Below, in pieces: positions 26,275 to 39,813 of a DNA stretch of 64,000 nucleotides (positions within the stretch are counted from its first letter, which is position 1; every line of letters starts with the position of its first letter). The position numbers and the translations under genes are program-made. Source of the stretch: Anaeramoeba ignava BMAN (lineage: Eukaryota; Protista; Anaeramoebae). The stretch is from contig JAPDFW010000147.1 in NCBI GenBank assembly GCA_028826165.1, positions 310,001 to 374,000 of the forward strand. Direction: 5' to 3'. The notes under the pieces were generated by a model that ran no database searches, was not told the origin of the DNA, and was given only the letters and a program-made list of their open reading frames with translations.

Positions 26275-29200
26275 ATGTTCGCTTCTTTTCGTAAAAAAGT
26301 TGCCCATTTTATTGCAAATCATCCTTATGTTATGGTTTTAGGGGTTATTGTTGTTCTTGTTGTTTTGATACTTGTTTCTCTTTCTAAAAATTTTGAAATA
26401 GATGCAACAAAAACAAAAACAAAAACAAAAACAAAAACATTTACACTTTCAATCCAATTTATTTAAGCATTAATATTCAATTTTTCAATTTCAATTTAAT
26501 TCAATTCATTTTAATTTAATTCCAATTCAATTTAATTTAAATTCAATTCAATTCAATTCAATATTCAATTCAATTCAATTCAATTCAATTCAATATTCAA
26601 TTCAAATCAATTCAATTTAATTCATTTCAATTCAATTCATTTCAATTTAAATTCAATTCAATATTCATTTCAATTCTATTCAATTTCAATTCAATTCAAT
26701 TTAATTCTATTCAATTTCAATTCAATTCAATTTAATTCAATTCTATTCAATTCTATTCAATTTAATTCAATTCTATTCAATTCTATTTAATTCAATTCAA
26801 TTTCATTTTCAATTTCATTTTACAATTCAATTCAATTTAATTTAATTCTATTTAATTCAATTCAATTCAATTTAATTCTATTCAATATTCAATTTAATTT
26901 AATTCAATTCAATTCAATTCAATATTCAATTTTTCAATTCAATTTAATTTTCAATTTAAATTTCAATTTAATTCAATTCAATTTTCAATTCCAATTCAAA
27001 TTTAATTTAAATTTAATTTCAATTTCAAATTTCAATTCAAATTTAAACTCAAATAAAATTAAATCCAAAAACAAATAGGATAAAAATTTTGTTGTTAGAT
27101 CAGGAAGTATTGCAAGTCATGTTGATGCAACTTATATGTCTTACAAAACAACTTTTTTTGATCCAGAAAAAAATTATATTGAACATCAACCTCATCAACA
27201 AAACACACAAAATGAATTTGGATTAACACTATTATATGAATGTTCAGGATGTGATAATTTATTAACAGAAAAATATTTAAAGAAACTTTATAATTATGAA
27301 AAAGAAATTTTTGGAAATTCTAAATATAATCAATATTGTCTTAAAGAAGTGAATAATACAGAATGTACTGCTCCTTGGAGTGTTATTACTTATTTTTTCC
27401 CTAATGGAACTCTTGTTGATGATATTGAAGCTACTGCTCTTGAGATTTTGAATAATTCGGTTGATTCTGATTTTCTTTGTGATAAAAACTTTAATTCAGG
27501 AAATTTAAAATCAAAATATCTTCGATCGTCTTATGATTTTGGACTTCCTTTAGCTGGATATGAAAATAGAAAAGATAGATATGATTCACAAGAAGAAAAG
27601 TTTAATGATTGGATTGTTGGAATTGTTCCTGATGCAACAAAAGATCATAAAACAGATTCATTTCAGATATTTTATTTAGGTATATTTTCATTTAATTAAA
27701 ATTAAAACTAAAATTAAAATCAAAATCAAAATCAAAATCAAAATCAAAAACAAAATCAAAATCAAAATCAAATTCAAAATCAAAATTAAAATCAAAATCA
27801 AATTCAAATTAAAATTAAAATTAAATTCAAATTCAAAATCAAAATTAAAATCAAAATCAAAATTAAAATCAAATTCAAAATCAAAATCAAAATCAAATTC
27901 AAATTCAAAATCAAAATTAAAATCAAAATTAAAATCAAATTCAAAATCAAATTCAAAATTAAAATTAAAATTAAAATTAAAATCAAAATCAAAATTAAAA
28001 TTAAAACTAAATTCAAAATTAAAATTAAAATTAAAATCAAAATCAAAATTCAAAATCAAAATCAAAATCAAAATCAAAATCAAAATCAAATTCAAAATTA
28101 AAATTAAAATTAAAAATAAAAATAAAAATCAAATTCAAAATTCAAAATCAAAATCAAATCAAAATCAAATTCAAAATCAAAATCAAATTCAAAATTAAAA
28201 TCAAAATTCAAATCAAAATCAAAATTAAAATTAAAAATAAAAAAAAAGGTGATGGAGTAACTGATGCTTATGTTAATTATTTAATTTTAAGAGATGGATC
28301 ATTAATTTTTGCATCAATTATTATGGTTTTTATTTACACTTGGTTTCATACAAAATCATTATTTTTAACAGCTATGGGAATATTTCATATTTTAATGTCT
28401 TTCCCATTAAGTTATTTTATTTACAGGATCTTAATTGGAGAGAAATACTTTTCAATGTTAAACTTTTTATCTTTATTTATTGTATTGGGAATTGGGTAAT
28501 AAATATATATAAAAAATATTTAAAAAAAATATAAATAAAAATATTAAATAATAATCCTTTTTTCATTTTTTAAATAAAGATGTGATGATATTTTTATTAT
28601 GTTAGATGCTTGGAAACAATCATTAAATCAAAGAGGAATAGGAAAAGATAAACAATCAAGACTCGAATGGAGTTATTCAAGAGCAAGTCTTGCAATGTTA
28701 ATTACAACAACAACATCTGCTTTCGCATTTTTTGGAAATTTATTTTCTCCAATTCCTCCAATTCAATTTTTTGGAATTTTTACAGGATTTGCGATTGTTT
28801 TTAATTATTTACTTGTTATTACTTGGTTTCCAGCAATAAGTAAAATAATTAAAATCAAAAATCAAAATTCAAAATCAAAATCAAAAATTAAAATTAAAAT
28901 TAAAAAAAAATAGTTATAATTTGGTATAAATTTGGAGAAGGTCAATGTTGCTGTAAAACCAAAAAAGGAAAAGCAAAAATCCAAAAAGAAAGAGAAGAAA
29001 GAATTGCAAGAGGAGAAATTGAATTAGAAGAATTTCAAACAAAAGTTTCAACTCAAAAATCAAAAGATGAAAAATTAAGAAAATTAGAAGAATCTAAAAA
29101 ATCGAATAATCCAAAAAATTCTAAAGAAATTAAAAAAGAATTAGAATCAGATTATGATTATCCAATAGAAGATTTAGAAAAAAATCGAAAAAAGAAAAAG

Positions 29201-31737
29201 AAAGATAAAAATGAAGAAAAAGATTCAATTTCAGAAAGTGAATCATATGAAAATGATAATAATGGAAAAGCAATAGAAGAAGCAAATTTAGAAGAAAAAC
29301 ATGTTGAAATCAAAATTGATACTGAATCACCAGAAAAAAAAGTATTAGATAAAGATACATTAGATATTGAAAAATTTAGATTTTTAGAAAGATTTTTTTA
29401 TAAAAAATATGCACCTTTTATCAACAAAGCGAAAGTTTATTTAATAATTATCTTCCTAATATTATTTGTAATTTTTCAATTCAAAAAAAATATTCAAAAA
29501 ATATTTATTAATAATAATAATAATGATAAAAATTATTATTATTATTATTATAATAAGGGATTGGGAATTTATGGAACAACAAAATTAGAACCAGCAACAG
29601 ATCCAGCTCAATTTTTAAAAGATGATGATCCACTTCAAAGAGCAGCATCTATTCAAGAAGAAGAATTTCCAACAGCAAGTATTTCAATCGCAATGCAAAT
29701 TGTTTGGGGAATTGATTCAATAGATAGAGAAGGAAGGGATCGAATGGAGATTGATGATTTAGGAGAAGTAATTTATGATACAACATGGGATCCAACAACA
29801 CCAACAGCACAACTTTATGTTATTGATGTTTGTCAACAGTTTAAAGTATTGCCTGATGTTAAACAGAATGAATTCTATTGTTTTATGGAAGATTTTAGAG
29901 ATTTTATTGAAGATTTAAGTCCAGGAGTTTATTCAGGATTTCCAGTTAATAGTTCAGTTTTTCATTCAGCATTACTTAATTTTACAAGAACAAGAGGAGA
30001 TGAATCTTGTAAAATATTTATAATTCAAAATTAATTTAATATTAAAATCAATATTAAATTCAAAATTAAAAATAGTGGAAATGGATTTTTTTAAGATTCA
30101 ATCCTTTTATGAATCTTCAGTTAGATTTGATGAATATACATCAGAACTTAGATATTTCTCTATAGTTGCAAATTCAACTCTTATGCTATCTTCACCAGCA
30201 AGTGATATTCGACCAGTTTATGATAACATGAAAGATTTTATGGATAAAATGAATAGTGAAGCACCAGAAGGAATGAATAAAGCTTTTATAACAAGTGATT
30301 TATGGATTTATATGGAAACTGAAGAGAAACTGGTTTCTGTTGCACTTTTTAACATTTATATTTCACTTTCAATTGCATTTGTTGTTATTGTTCTTTCAAC
30401 TGGAAATGTTTTAACAAGTTTCTTTGCTATTTTCTCTATTGCTGGAATTGTTTTAACAATCATTGCATTTATGGTTGCGATTGGATGGCAACTTGGAATT
30501 GTTGAATCTATTTCATTAACTATTGTTGTTGGAGTTAGTGTTGGTAAATGATTTGATTTGAATTTAATTTGATTTGAATTTAATTTGATTTAATTTGAAT
30601 TTAATTTGAATTTAATTTGATTTAATTTGAAATGAATTTAATTTGATTTAATTTGAATTTAATTTGATTTGAATTTAATTTTAATTTAAATTGATTTTAA
30701 TTTTAATTTAATTTGAATTTAATTTGATTTAATTTAATTTAATTTTAATTTAATTTAATTTAATTGATTTGAATTTTAATTTAATTTGAATTTAATTTGA
30801 TTTAATTTAATTTAATTTTAATTTAATTTAATTTTTGATTTTGATTTTTAAAATTTAATTTTGGACATTTACATTTAATTTTTAGATTTAGATTTAATTT
30901 AGGAATTAGTGTTTTTCAGCAATTTAAATTTAATTTTATGCTATTTTTTCAAGTTCTCTTTTGAATTTATTTTGAATTGTTATATTTTTAAATTTGATTT
31001 GGTCTTTTGTTTTCTTCTTTTCATTTAATTTGAATTTAATTTAATTTCTTTCAAAAATTATTGGTTAATTTGAAATAAAAAGAAAAAGATTTAAAAATCG
31101 CAAAAATTAAAAATTTTTTTTTAATTTGAATTTTTCAAAATGATTTTGATTTTGGAATTAATTCAAATTCCTTTTTCAAAAGAAACCAAATTTCCAAATA
31201 AAACAAGATTTGAAAAATTTTATTTTTGATTTAAATTTTATTTTTTTAAAATTAAAATTAGATTATGTTGTTCATTTTGGATATGCTTTTACATTTAATT
31301 TTTATTCCACTTTTTAAATTAGAGATAAATAAAATTTATATTTAGACTACAAATTAAATTACAGATTTAGGAATTAGTGTTTTTATATTAATTTTAACTT
31401 TATTATCATTTTTATATATTTTTTTTAATTTTCAACTTTTTTCTCTTTTTATAAATTAAATTTTGGAAAAAATAATTTTTTATGGATTTTTATATTTTTA
31501 AGTGTGATTTGGTCTTTTGTTTTCTTCTTTTCAACTATAGCTTGGAAAGGTCCAGTTACTCCTAAAACAGATCTTAAATATATTCTTTCAAAAATTATTG
31601 GTTGTTGTCGAAGAAATAAAAAGAAAAAAGATCTTAAAAATCGCAAAAAAATTAAAAAACCAAAAAAATATTATTCAGAATCTGATGATAATTTTTCTAC
31701 ATCTTCAAGTGAATTTTTTCAAAATGATGGATTTTAA
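26275..31737 (+). CDS. Dispatched/Patched-family RND protein, copy 2; intron 1 donor missing and last-exon region garbled in this consensus
   Basis: Exons highly similar to copy 1 with the same intron positions; no GT after GATGCAACA (26401-26409); 31261-31500 is corrupted. Confidence 0.75.
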
Positions 31738-31869
31738 ACAAAAAAACAACAACAACAACAATCTAAAATTTCAAATCTAAAATTTCAAATCTAATTCAAA
31801 TTCCTTTTTTTTTTCAAAAGAAACCAAATTTCCAAAATAAAACAAGATTTGAAAAAAATCAAAAAAAGA

Positions 31870-33125
31870 ATTTATTTTATTTAAATCTAAATTAAATTAT
31901 ATTTTGGAATTAAAATTTATATTAAAATTTATTATTAAATTTTTAATTCAAAATAAAAAGAAAATATTTTATTTATTTAATTTTTATTCCACTTTTTTTT
32001 AAATAATAGATAAATAAAATTTATATTTAATTTAAATACAAATTAAATTATATTTTAAAATTAAAATTTATATTAAAATTAAAATTAATTTTTATTATTT
32101 TTTAAATAATAAATAAATTTATATCTAATTTAAATTAAATTATATTTTGGAATTAAAATTTATTTTAAAATTTATTATTTAATTTTTAATTCAAAATAAA
32201 AAGAAAATAATTAATTTATTCAATTTTTATTCCACTTTTTAAAATTAGAAATAAAATTTATATTTAATTTAAATATAAATTAAATTATATTTTTGGAATT
32301 AAAATTTATATTAAAATTAATTATTAAATTTTTAATTCAAAAATAAAAAGAAAATAATTTATTTATTCAATTTTTATTCCACTTTTTTTTAAATAATAAA
32401 TAAATATAATTTATATTTAATTTAAATACAAATTAAATTATATTTTGGAATTAAATTTAATTAATTTTTATTATTAAATTTTTAATTAAAAATAAAAAGA
32501 AAATAATTAATTTATTTATTTAATTTTTATTCCACTTTTTAAATTAGAAATAAATATAATTTATATTTAATTTAAATCTAAATTAAATTATATTTTAAAA
32601 TTAAAATTTATATTAAAATTTATTTTTATTAAATTTTAATTTAAATTCCAAAAATAAAAAATAAAATTATATTTATTTAAATAAATTTTTATTTTAAAAT
32701 TAAAATTTTTTAAATTATAAATCAAAAAAATAAATTTATATTTAATTTATAAATTTTAAATTAAATTATATTTTAGAATTAAAATTTATATTAATTTTTA
32801 TTATTAAATTTTTAATTAAAAATAAAAAGAAAATAATTAATTTATTTAATTTTTATTCCACTTTTTTTTAAATTATAAATAAATAAAATTTATATTTAAT
32901 TTAAATACAAATTAAATTATATTTTAGAATTAAAATTTATATTAATTTTTATTATTAAATTTTTAATTAAAAATAAAAAGAAAATATTTTATTTATTTAA
33001 TTTTTATTCCACTTTTTTTTAAATAAGAAACAAATAAAATTTATATTTAATTTAAATACAAATTAAATTATATTTTGAAATTAAAATTTATATTAAAATT
33101 TATTATTAAATTTTTAATTCAAAAT
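31870..33125. repeat. ~150-bp tandem repeat, about 8 units
   Basis: TTCCACTTTT anchor near 31988, 32231, 32377, 32530, 32856, 33007; spacing 146-153 between intact neighbours. Confidence 0.85.
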
Positions 33126-33310
33126 AAAATAATAATTTTTCTCCTTTTAAATTTTTTCTCCTTTTAAAAAAAACAAAAAAAAATTTTTTTTCTTTTTTTT
33201 TCATTTTTTTTCATTTTTCTTTTAAATTTAAAAAGTAAGTTAAATTTAAATAAAAAAATAAAAACGAAAATGAAACTAAAAACAAAAAAAAAACAATTAG
33301 AAAGGAAATA

Positions 33311-34571
33311 ATGGGAAGAGTTAGAACAAAAACAGTAAAAAAAACTGCACGATTAATTGTTGAAAAATATTATCTTCGTTTAGGAGTTGATTTCCAAACA
33401 AACAAAAGAGTTTGTGATGAAGTAGCAATTATTCCAACAAAAAGACTTAGAAACAAAGTAAACAACAATTAGAATTGAATTGAAAACTTTAAAATTAAAA
33501 TTAAAATTAAAATTAAAATTAAAATTAAAATTAAAATTAAAATTAATATTAATATTAAAATTAAAATTAAAATTAAAATTAAAATTAATATTAATATTAA
33601 TATTAAAATCAAAATTATATTTAATATTAAAATTAATATTAATATTAAAATTAATATCAAAATTAATATTAAAATTAAAATTAAAATTAAAATTAAAATT
33701 AATATCAAAATTAAAATTAAAATTAAAATTAAAATTAAAATTAAAATTAAAATTTAAAATTAAAATTAAAATTAAAATTAAAATTAAAATCAAAATCAAA
33801 ATTAAAATTGAAATTAAAAAATTCCTTTCATTTTTTCTTTTGTGAAGATTGCTGGTTATATTACACATCTTATGAAAAGAATTGAAAGAGGACCTGTTCG
33901 TGGAATTTCAATTAAATTACAAGAAGAAGAACGTGAAAGAAGAGATAATTGGGTTCCAACAGAATCTGCAGTTAGAACACAAAAAATTCGCGTAATTAAA
34001 CAAGCATTAAATAATTAATTTAAAAATATTTAATTCAAAAATATTTAATTAAAAATATTTAATTCAAAAATATTTAATTCAAAAATATTTATTTAAAAAT
34101 ATTTAATTTAAAAATATTTAATTCAAAAATATTTAATTAAAAATATTTAATTCAAAAATATTTATTTCAAAAATATTAATTCAAAAAATATTTATTCAAA
34201 ATATTTATTCAAAAATATTTAATTCAAAAATATTTAATTCAAAAATAATTAATTCAAAAAATATTTAATCCAAAAATATTTAATTCAAAAATATTTAATT
34301 CAAAAATATTTAATCCAAAAATAATTAATTTAAAAAATATTAATCCAAAAATAATTTAAAAATATTAATCCAAAAATATTTAATCCAAAAATATTTAATT
34401 TGTTTGAAATAATAGTTGGATAAAGATTCTTTCCAACTTGCAAAATACTTAGGATTTACTAAAGAAGATGGTGTTACTATTTTTACAAAAAACTTTCCAT
34501 TTAAACAAACAGATAAAAGAAATACTTTTAGAAAACCAATGACTAACACAAATCAAACAAGAACTAATTAA
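33311..34571 (+). CDS. RPS17: 40S ribosomal protein S17 (eS17), 3 exons (not in ORF track)
   Basis: [27 protein letters not shown]|[37 protein letters not shown]..|LDKDS..TN*. Confidence 0.97.
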
Positions 34572-34743
34572 AGAAAAAGATTTTTTTTTTGGGTTTTATT
34601 TGAGTTCCACTTTTTTTTTCTTTTTTTTTTGACATTTCGTCATTCAAAAAAATAATACAAACAAAATAAACTTCCTTTTAAAATTTTTTTTTCAATTTTT
34701 TTTTCATTTTTTTTTCATTTTTTTTTCATTTTTTTTTTTAAAA

Positions 34744-35464
34744 ATGTTTACTTATGTTAAATCAAAAAAAAGACCAGAAAAAAAACGTTCAAAAGCTGAT
34801 AGAAAAAAACCTCGTGAAGTTTCTTCAAAAATTAAACCATCAAAATTTAAACAAATTCTTCCAGATAAAAAAAGAGTAAAAATAAATAAAATAAAAAAAA
34901 AAAAAAAAAATAATAAAGAAAAATAATTTTTTATAATTTAAAATATTTTTTAGCCAGTTAGAGATCCTCGTTTTGATGATCTTTCTGGGAAATTTAATAA
35001 ATCTAAATTTAATCAAGCTTATTCTTTTTTAGATAAAAAAAGAGAAAAAGAAATTCAAAAATTAAAAAAAGAATTAAATCAAACTTCAAATGAAAAAGAA
35101 AAAGAAAAAATTAATCAAGCTTTAAATTTAATTACTCAAGAAAATTTAAGAAGAAAAGCTGAAAAAGAAAAAGATGAAATTATTCAAGAAAGAAGAAAAA
35201 AAGAGAAAGAATTAATAAAACAAGGAAAAAAGCCTTATTTTCTTAAAAAATGTAAATAAATTAAAAATTAAAAATTAAATAAAATTAAATTAAAAATTAA
35301 ATTAAAAAATTTTAAATTTAGCTGAAGAAAAAAATATTTTGTTAATTTCAAAGTATAATAAATTGAAAAGTGAAGGAAAATTAGATCAATTTATTGCAAA
35401 AAGAAGAAAAAGAAATGCAGCAAAAGAACACAAATATTTACCAGAAAGAAAAGAGAAAAAATAA
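34744..35464 (+). CDS. RRP36: rRNA biogenesis protein RRP36 (DUF947), 3 exons
   Basis: PREVSSK, RDPRFDDLSGKFN..AYSFL, QGKKPYFLKKS, KRRKRNAAKEHKYLP. Confidence 0.9.
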
Positions 35465-35708
35465 TCAAATCAAATCAATTAAATTCAAATCAAATTCAAA
35501 TCATTTCAATTTAAATCATTTAAATTCAAATCAAATTCAAATCATTTCAATTCAATTTCTTTCTTTCTAAATAAAATATTAAAATAGATTTGAAAATAAT
35601 AATAATAAAAATAATTATTGCAATTCCAAAATTTAATTTCAATTTTTTCCTTTTTTTTCAAAAGATTTTCAACTTGAAAATAAGATGATTTTAAGAATCA
35701 ATTGAAAT

Positions 35709-38700
35709 TTATTTTTCAAATACAATTTTTTCATAATAAGCTTTTTCAGCTTGAAGTTGACGGATTGTTTGCAATAATTTTTCTTCATTTTCAACTTTAG
35801 TTTCCAAATCAGTGATTAATTTTCTAAGTGATAAATTTTCTTTATTCAAATCTTCAATTTTTTTTTCAGATTGAAAAAGTTTCTTTTTTAAATTTTCATT
35901 TTCCTTTTTAAGAATTTCATTTTCTTGTTGAGAATTATTTTGATTTTTAATTTCTTGAATTTTGTTTGTTTTTGTTAAATTTTCTTTTGGAGAGTTTGAT
36001 ATTTGAGGTTTAATTTCGTTAAGTTTTGTTCTTTTTTCAAATTGACGATAAGGACTATTTTCTTTTGGAATAAGTTTATGTGAAATTCTTTGATTTGAAT
36101 TTCTTTCAAAAAATTTTTTCTTTTCATTTTGATTTTCATTTTGATTTGAATAATTAATTTTATTTTGATTTTGATTTTGATTTTGATTTTCTTTTTTATT
36201 TTGATTTGAATTAATTTGATTTTGATTTGAATAATTAATTTTATTTTGATTTTCTTTTTGATTTTGATTTTCATTTTGAATTTGATTTTGAATTTCATTT
36301 GAATTATTAATCATATCTATAAAAGTTCCAGGAAAGAAACCTGATTTTTTTCCATCAGAAATTAAAAACCAACCACTATTATTTCTTTCTAAAATCTTAA
36401 TTTTTTTTCCTTTTTCCATAGAAATTTCATCTTTATCTTTTGCTTCATAATCAAAAGCAACAATTCCATATTCATTTTCAATTTCTTTATTATTTTCCTT
36501 TTCTTTGTTATCATTATTTTTGTTATTTTCAATTTGATTTTGATTTTGATTTTGATTTTGATTTTGATTTTGATTTTGATTTTGGTTTTGATTTTGATTT
36601 TTAATTTTAATTTTATTTTTATTTTGATTTTGATTTTTAATTTGATTTTGATTTTTAATTTGATTTTGATTTTGATTTTGATTTTGATTTTGATTTTGAT
36701 TTTGATTTTTAATTTGATTTTTAATTTGATTTTTAATTTGATTTTGATTTTGATTTTGATTTTGATTTTGATTTTGATTTTGATTTTGAATTTGGTTTTG
36801 AATTTGGTTTTGGTTTTGGTTTTGATTTTGATTTTGGTGATGATGATGATGAAGAAGATTATTTTGATTTTGATTTTGATTTTGATTTTGATTTTGATTT
36901 TGATTTTGATTTTGATTTTGATTTTTTGATTTTGATTTTGATTTTGATTTTTGATTTTAATTTGATTTTTATTTTGATTTTGATTTTGATTTTGATTTTG
37001 ATTTTGATTTTCTTCATAAATAATTTCTAAGAAAGTGCTTGGAAATAACCCACTTTTTCCATCATATTCAACAAGCCACCATCCATCAGGATTTTGTTCA
37101 TTAACTTTAACAATTATACCTTCATTTAAACTCAACTAAATAATTTTATAAGTAATTTTATATTTAATTTTATAATTAAATTTATAAAAAAATACTTCAT
37201 TTGATTCAAGAGCACGATAATCAGCAACAACTTGAGCTTTTTGATCAAGATTATGTTGACAAATTGCTTGTAATTGAAAGAAGAGTTCTTCTTCAATTTC
37301 CTGAACATGAGTTGAAGGAACAAATCCTTGACGACCAATATTATTTTTAACTAAAGTCCAATCATCATCTCTTGATATTAAAAGTAATGGTTGTCCTGGT
37401 TTAATTGAAAGTTCATCTTCTTGAACTGCTTCAAAATCATATAAAGAAATAAGTGAAGATGTTGGATTTTTTTGCTCTAAAAAATCAACACATTCAATAT
37501 CTTCATCTGATTCTTCTGAACTGATTTCATCAGTAAGTAGTGAATCTTGTGAATCCATAATATCAATATATCCTTTAGGTGCTATTCCATTTTTTCCTAT
37601 TCAAGTAAATATTAAAATATTAAAATAAATATTATATTAAATATTAAAATAAATATTAAATATTAAATATTAAAATAAATATTAAATTAAATATTCAAAT
37701 AAATATTCAAATAAATATTAAAATAAATATTAAAATAAATATTAAAATAAATATTAAAATAAATATTAAAATAAATATTAAAATAAATATTAAATTGAAT
37801 ATTAAATTGAATATTAAAATAAATATTAAAAATAAATATTAAAATTAAATATTGAAATAAATATTGAAATAAATATTGAAAATAAATATTGAAATAAATA
37901 TTAAAATAAATATTAAAATAAATATTAAATTAAATATTAAAATAAATATTTAAAATAAATATTAAAAATAAATATTAAAAAAATAAATATTAAAAATAAA
38001 TATTAAAATCAATATTAAAATAAAAAATATTAAAATAAATAAAAATAAATTAAAATTAAAATTAAAAATATTAAATTAAATATTAAAAATAAATATTAAA
38101 TTAAATATTGAAATAAATATTAAAAATAAATATAAAAATAAATATTATAATAAATTTTTATAATAAATATTAAAATAAATATTAAATTAAATATTAAATT
38201 AAATATTAAAAATAAATATTAAAAATAAATATTAAATTAAATATTAAAATAAATATTAAAATAAATATTAAAATAAAATTAAAATAAAATTAAAAATAAA
38301 TATTAAAATAAATATTAAATATTAAAATAAATATTAAAATAAATATTAAAATTAAATATTAAATATTGAATATTGAAATAAATATTAAAATAAATATTAA
38401 AAAAATAAATATTAAATTAAATAAAAAAATAAAATTAAATATTAAAATAAATATTAAAATAAATATATTAAAATAAATATTAAAAAATAAATATTAAAAT
38501 AAATATTAAATTAAATATTGAAATAAATATTAAAAATAAATATTAAAATAAATATTAAATTAAATATTAAATTAAATATTAAATTAAATATTAAATTAAA
38601 TATTAAAATAAATATTAAAATAAATATTAAAATAAATATTGAAATAAATATTAAATTAAATATTAAAATTAAATATTAAAATAAATATTAAATTAAATAT

Positions 38701-39587
38701 TAAAATAAATATTAAAATAAATATTAAAATAAATATTAAAGTAAATATTAAAATATTGAAATAAATATTGAAATAAATATTAAAATAAATATTAAAATAA
38801 ATATTAAAATAAATATTAAAATAAATATTAAAATAAATATTAAATTAAATATTATAATAAATATTAAATTAAATATTGAATTAAATATTATAATAAATAT
38901 TAAATTAAAATAATAAAATTCTTCATCAAAAATACCACCAGATTTATGGACTAAATAATTATCTTGATCATAATTTTCCACTTCAACAATTTCATCAATT
39001 TTCAAATTAATTTGTTCAGAAGAAACAGCTTCAAAATCAAATAAAACCATTCCACGTTTTTTTTGAGAAGAAACAGAAGGAATTAAATTTCCAAGAAGAG
39101 AACGAATTCTCAGGAGATCTTTCTGGGCATTTTCTATAGAGATCTGTGGAAATTTGACAACTAGAAGATGAGAAAAGGGGATAAAACCTTTTTGTAAAGA
39201 GGAAGTATTATGAACATAAGCATTTGATTTTTCTACTTTTCTAAGAATTAAACGGTCATTTTCTTTTACATCGATTTCCCCCATATTTCTTGCTGAATAA
39301 GGTTCTCTTGCCTTCACTTCACATACAAGTTTTTTTCCAAGATCTTTTAATTCTTCTATGCTTCGTTCTAGTTGATCAATTTCTTTCTTTTGTTCTTTTA
39401 ATAAATTCTCAAACTCCCGCTTTTGGGATATTGTTACTTTATTTGATGAATACAATGCTTGAAGTTTCTCTGTTTCTCGATGATTTCGTTCTTTTTTTTC
39501 TAATGCTGACTTCGTTTCTCGAATTAGTTTTATTATTTCCATATTTTTACTTCGATTTTTTTCAAAATTTTCAATTTTTTCTTCCAT
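35709..39587 (-). CDS. Adaptor with N-terminal coiled coil, five SH3 domains, a QN tract and a C-terminal coiled coil; frame break inside the QN tract
   Basis: SH3 motifs: EPYSARNMGEI..GFIP; LFDFEAVSSEQI..GIAP; LYDFEAVQEDEL..GFVP; ADYRALESNE|LS..GWW..GLFP; AFDYEAKDKDEI..GWF..GFFP. Introns ~37597-38935 and ~37136-37195. Confidence 0.8.
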
Positions 39588-39607
39588 TTTTTTTGTTTTT
39601 AAATTGA

Positions 39608-39813
39608 TTTTGTTTTTAAAAGGAGAATAAAAAAAAACTAGATTTTGTTAAAATGTAAATGAATGAAAAAAATGAAAAGAAAAAAAATGGAAAAATTGTT
39701 TTTCTCCTTTTTGTTTTGTTTTTTAATTTAAAAAAATTTTTTTTTCATTTTTTCATTTTTCATTTTTCATTTTTTTTTAATAAATAATAATTAAAGAAAC
39801 AACAACAAAAAAA
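39608..39813. promoter_or_regulatory. Compact bidirectional promoter with outward-facing Inr-like arrays
   Basis: AATGAAAA copies at ~39661-39678 face the minus-strand SH3 gene; TTTTCA x4 at ~39741-39772 face the plus-strand protease. Confidence 0.55.

Noticed and set aside
16030-33125. CRISPR-like interpretation of the 333-bp and 150-bp arrays
   Set aside because: The units repeat in full with no unique spacers, there are no cas genes, and the context is eukaryotic.
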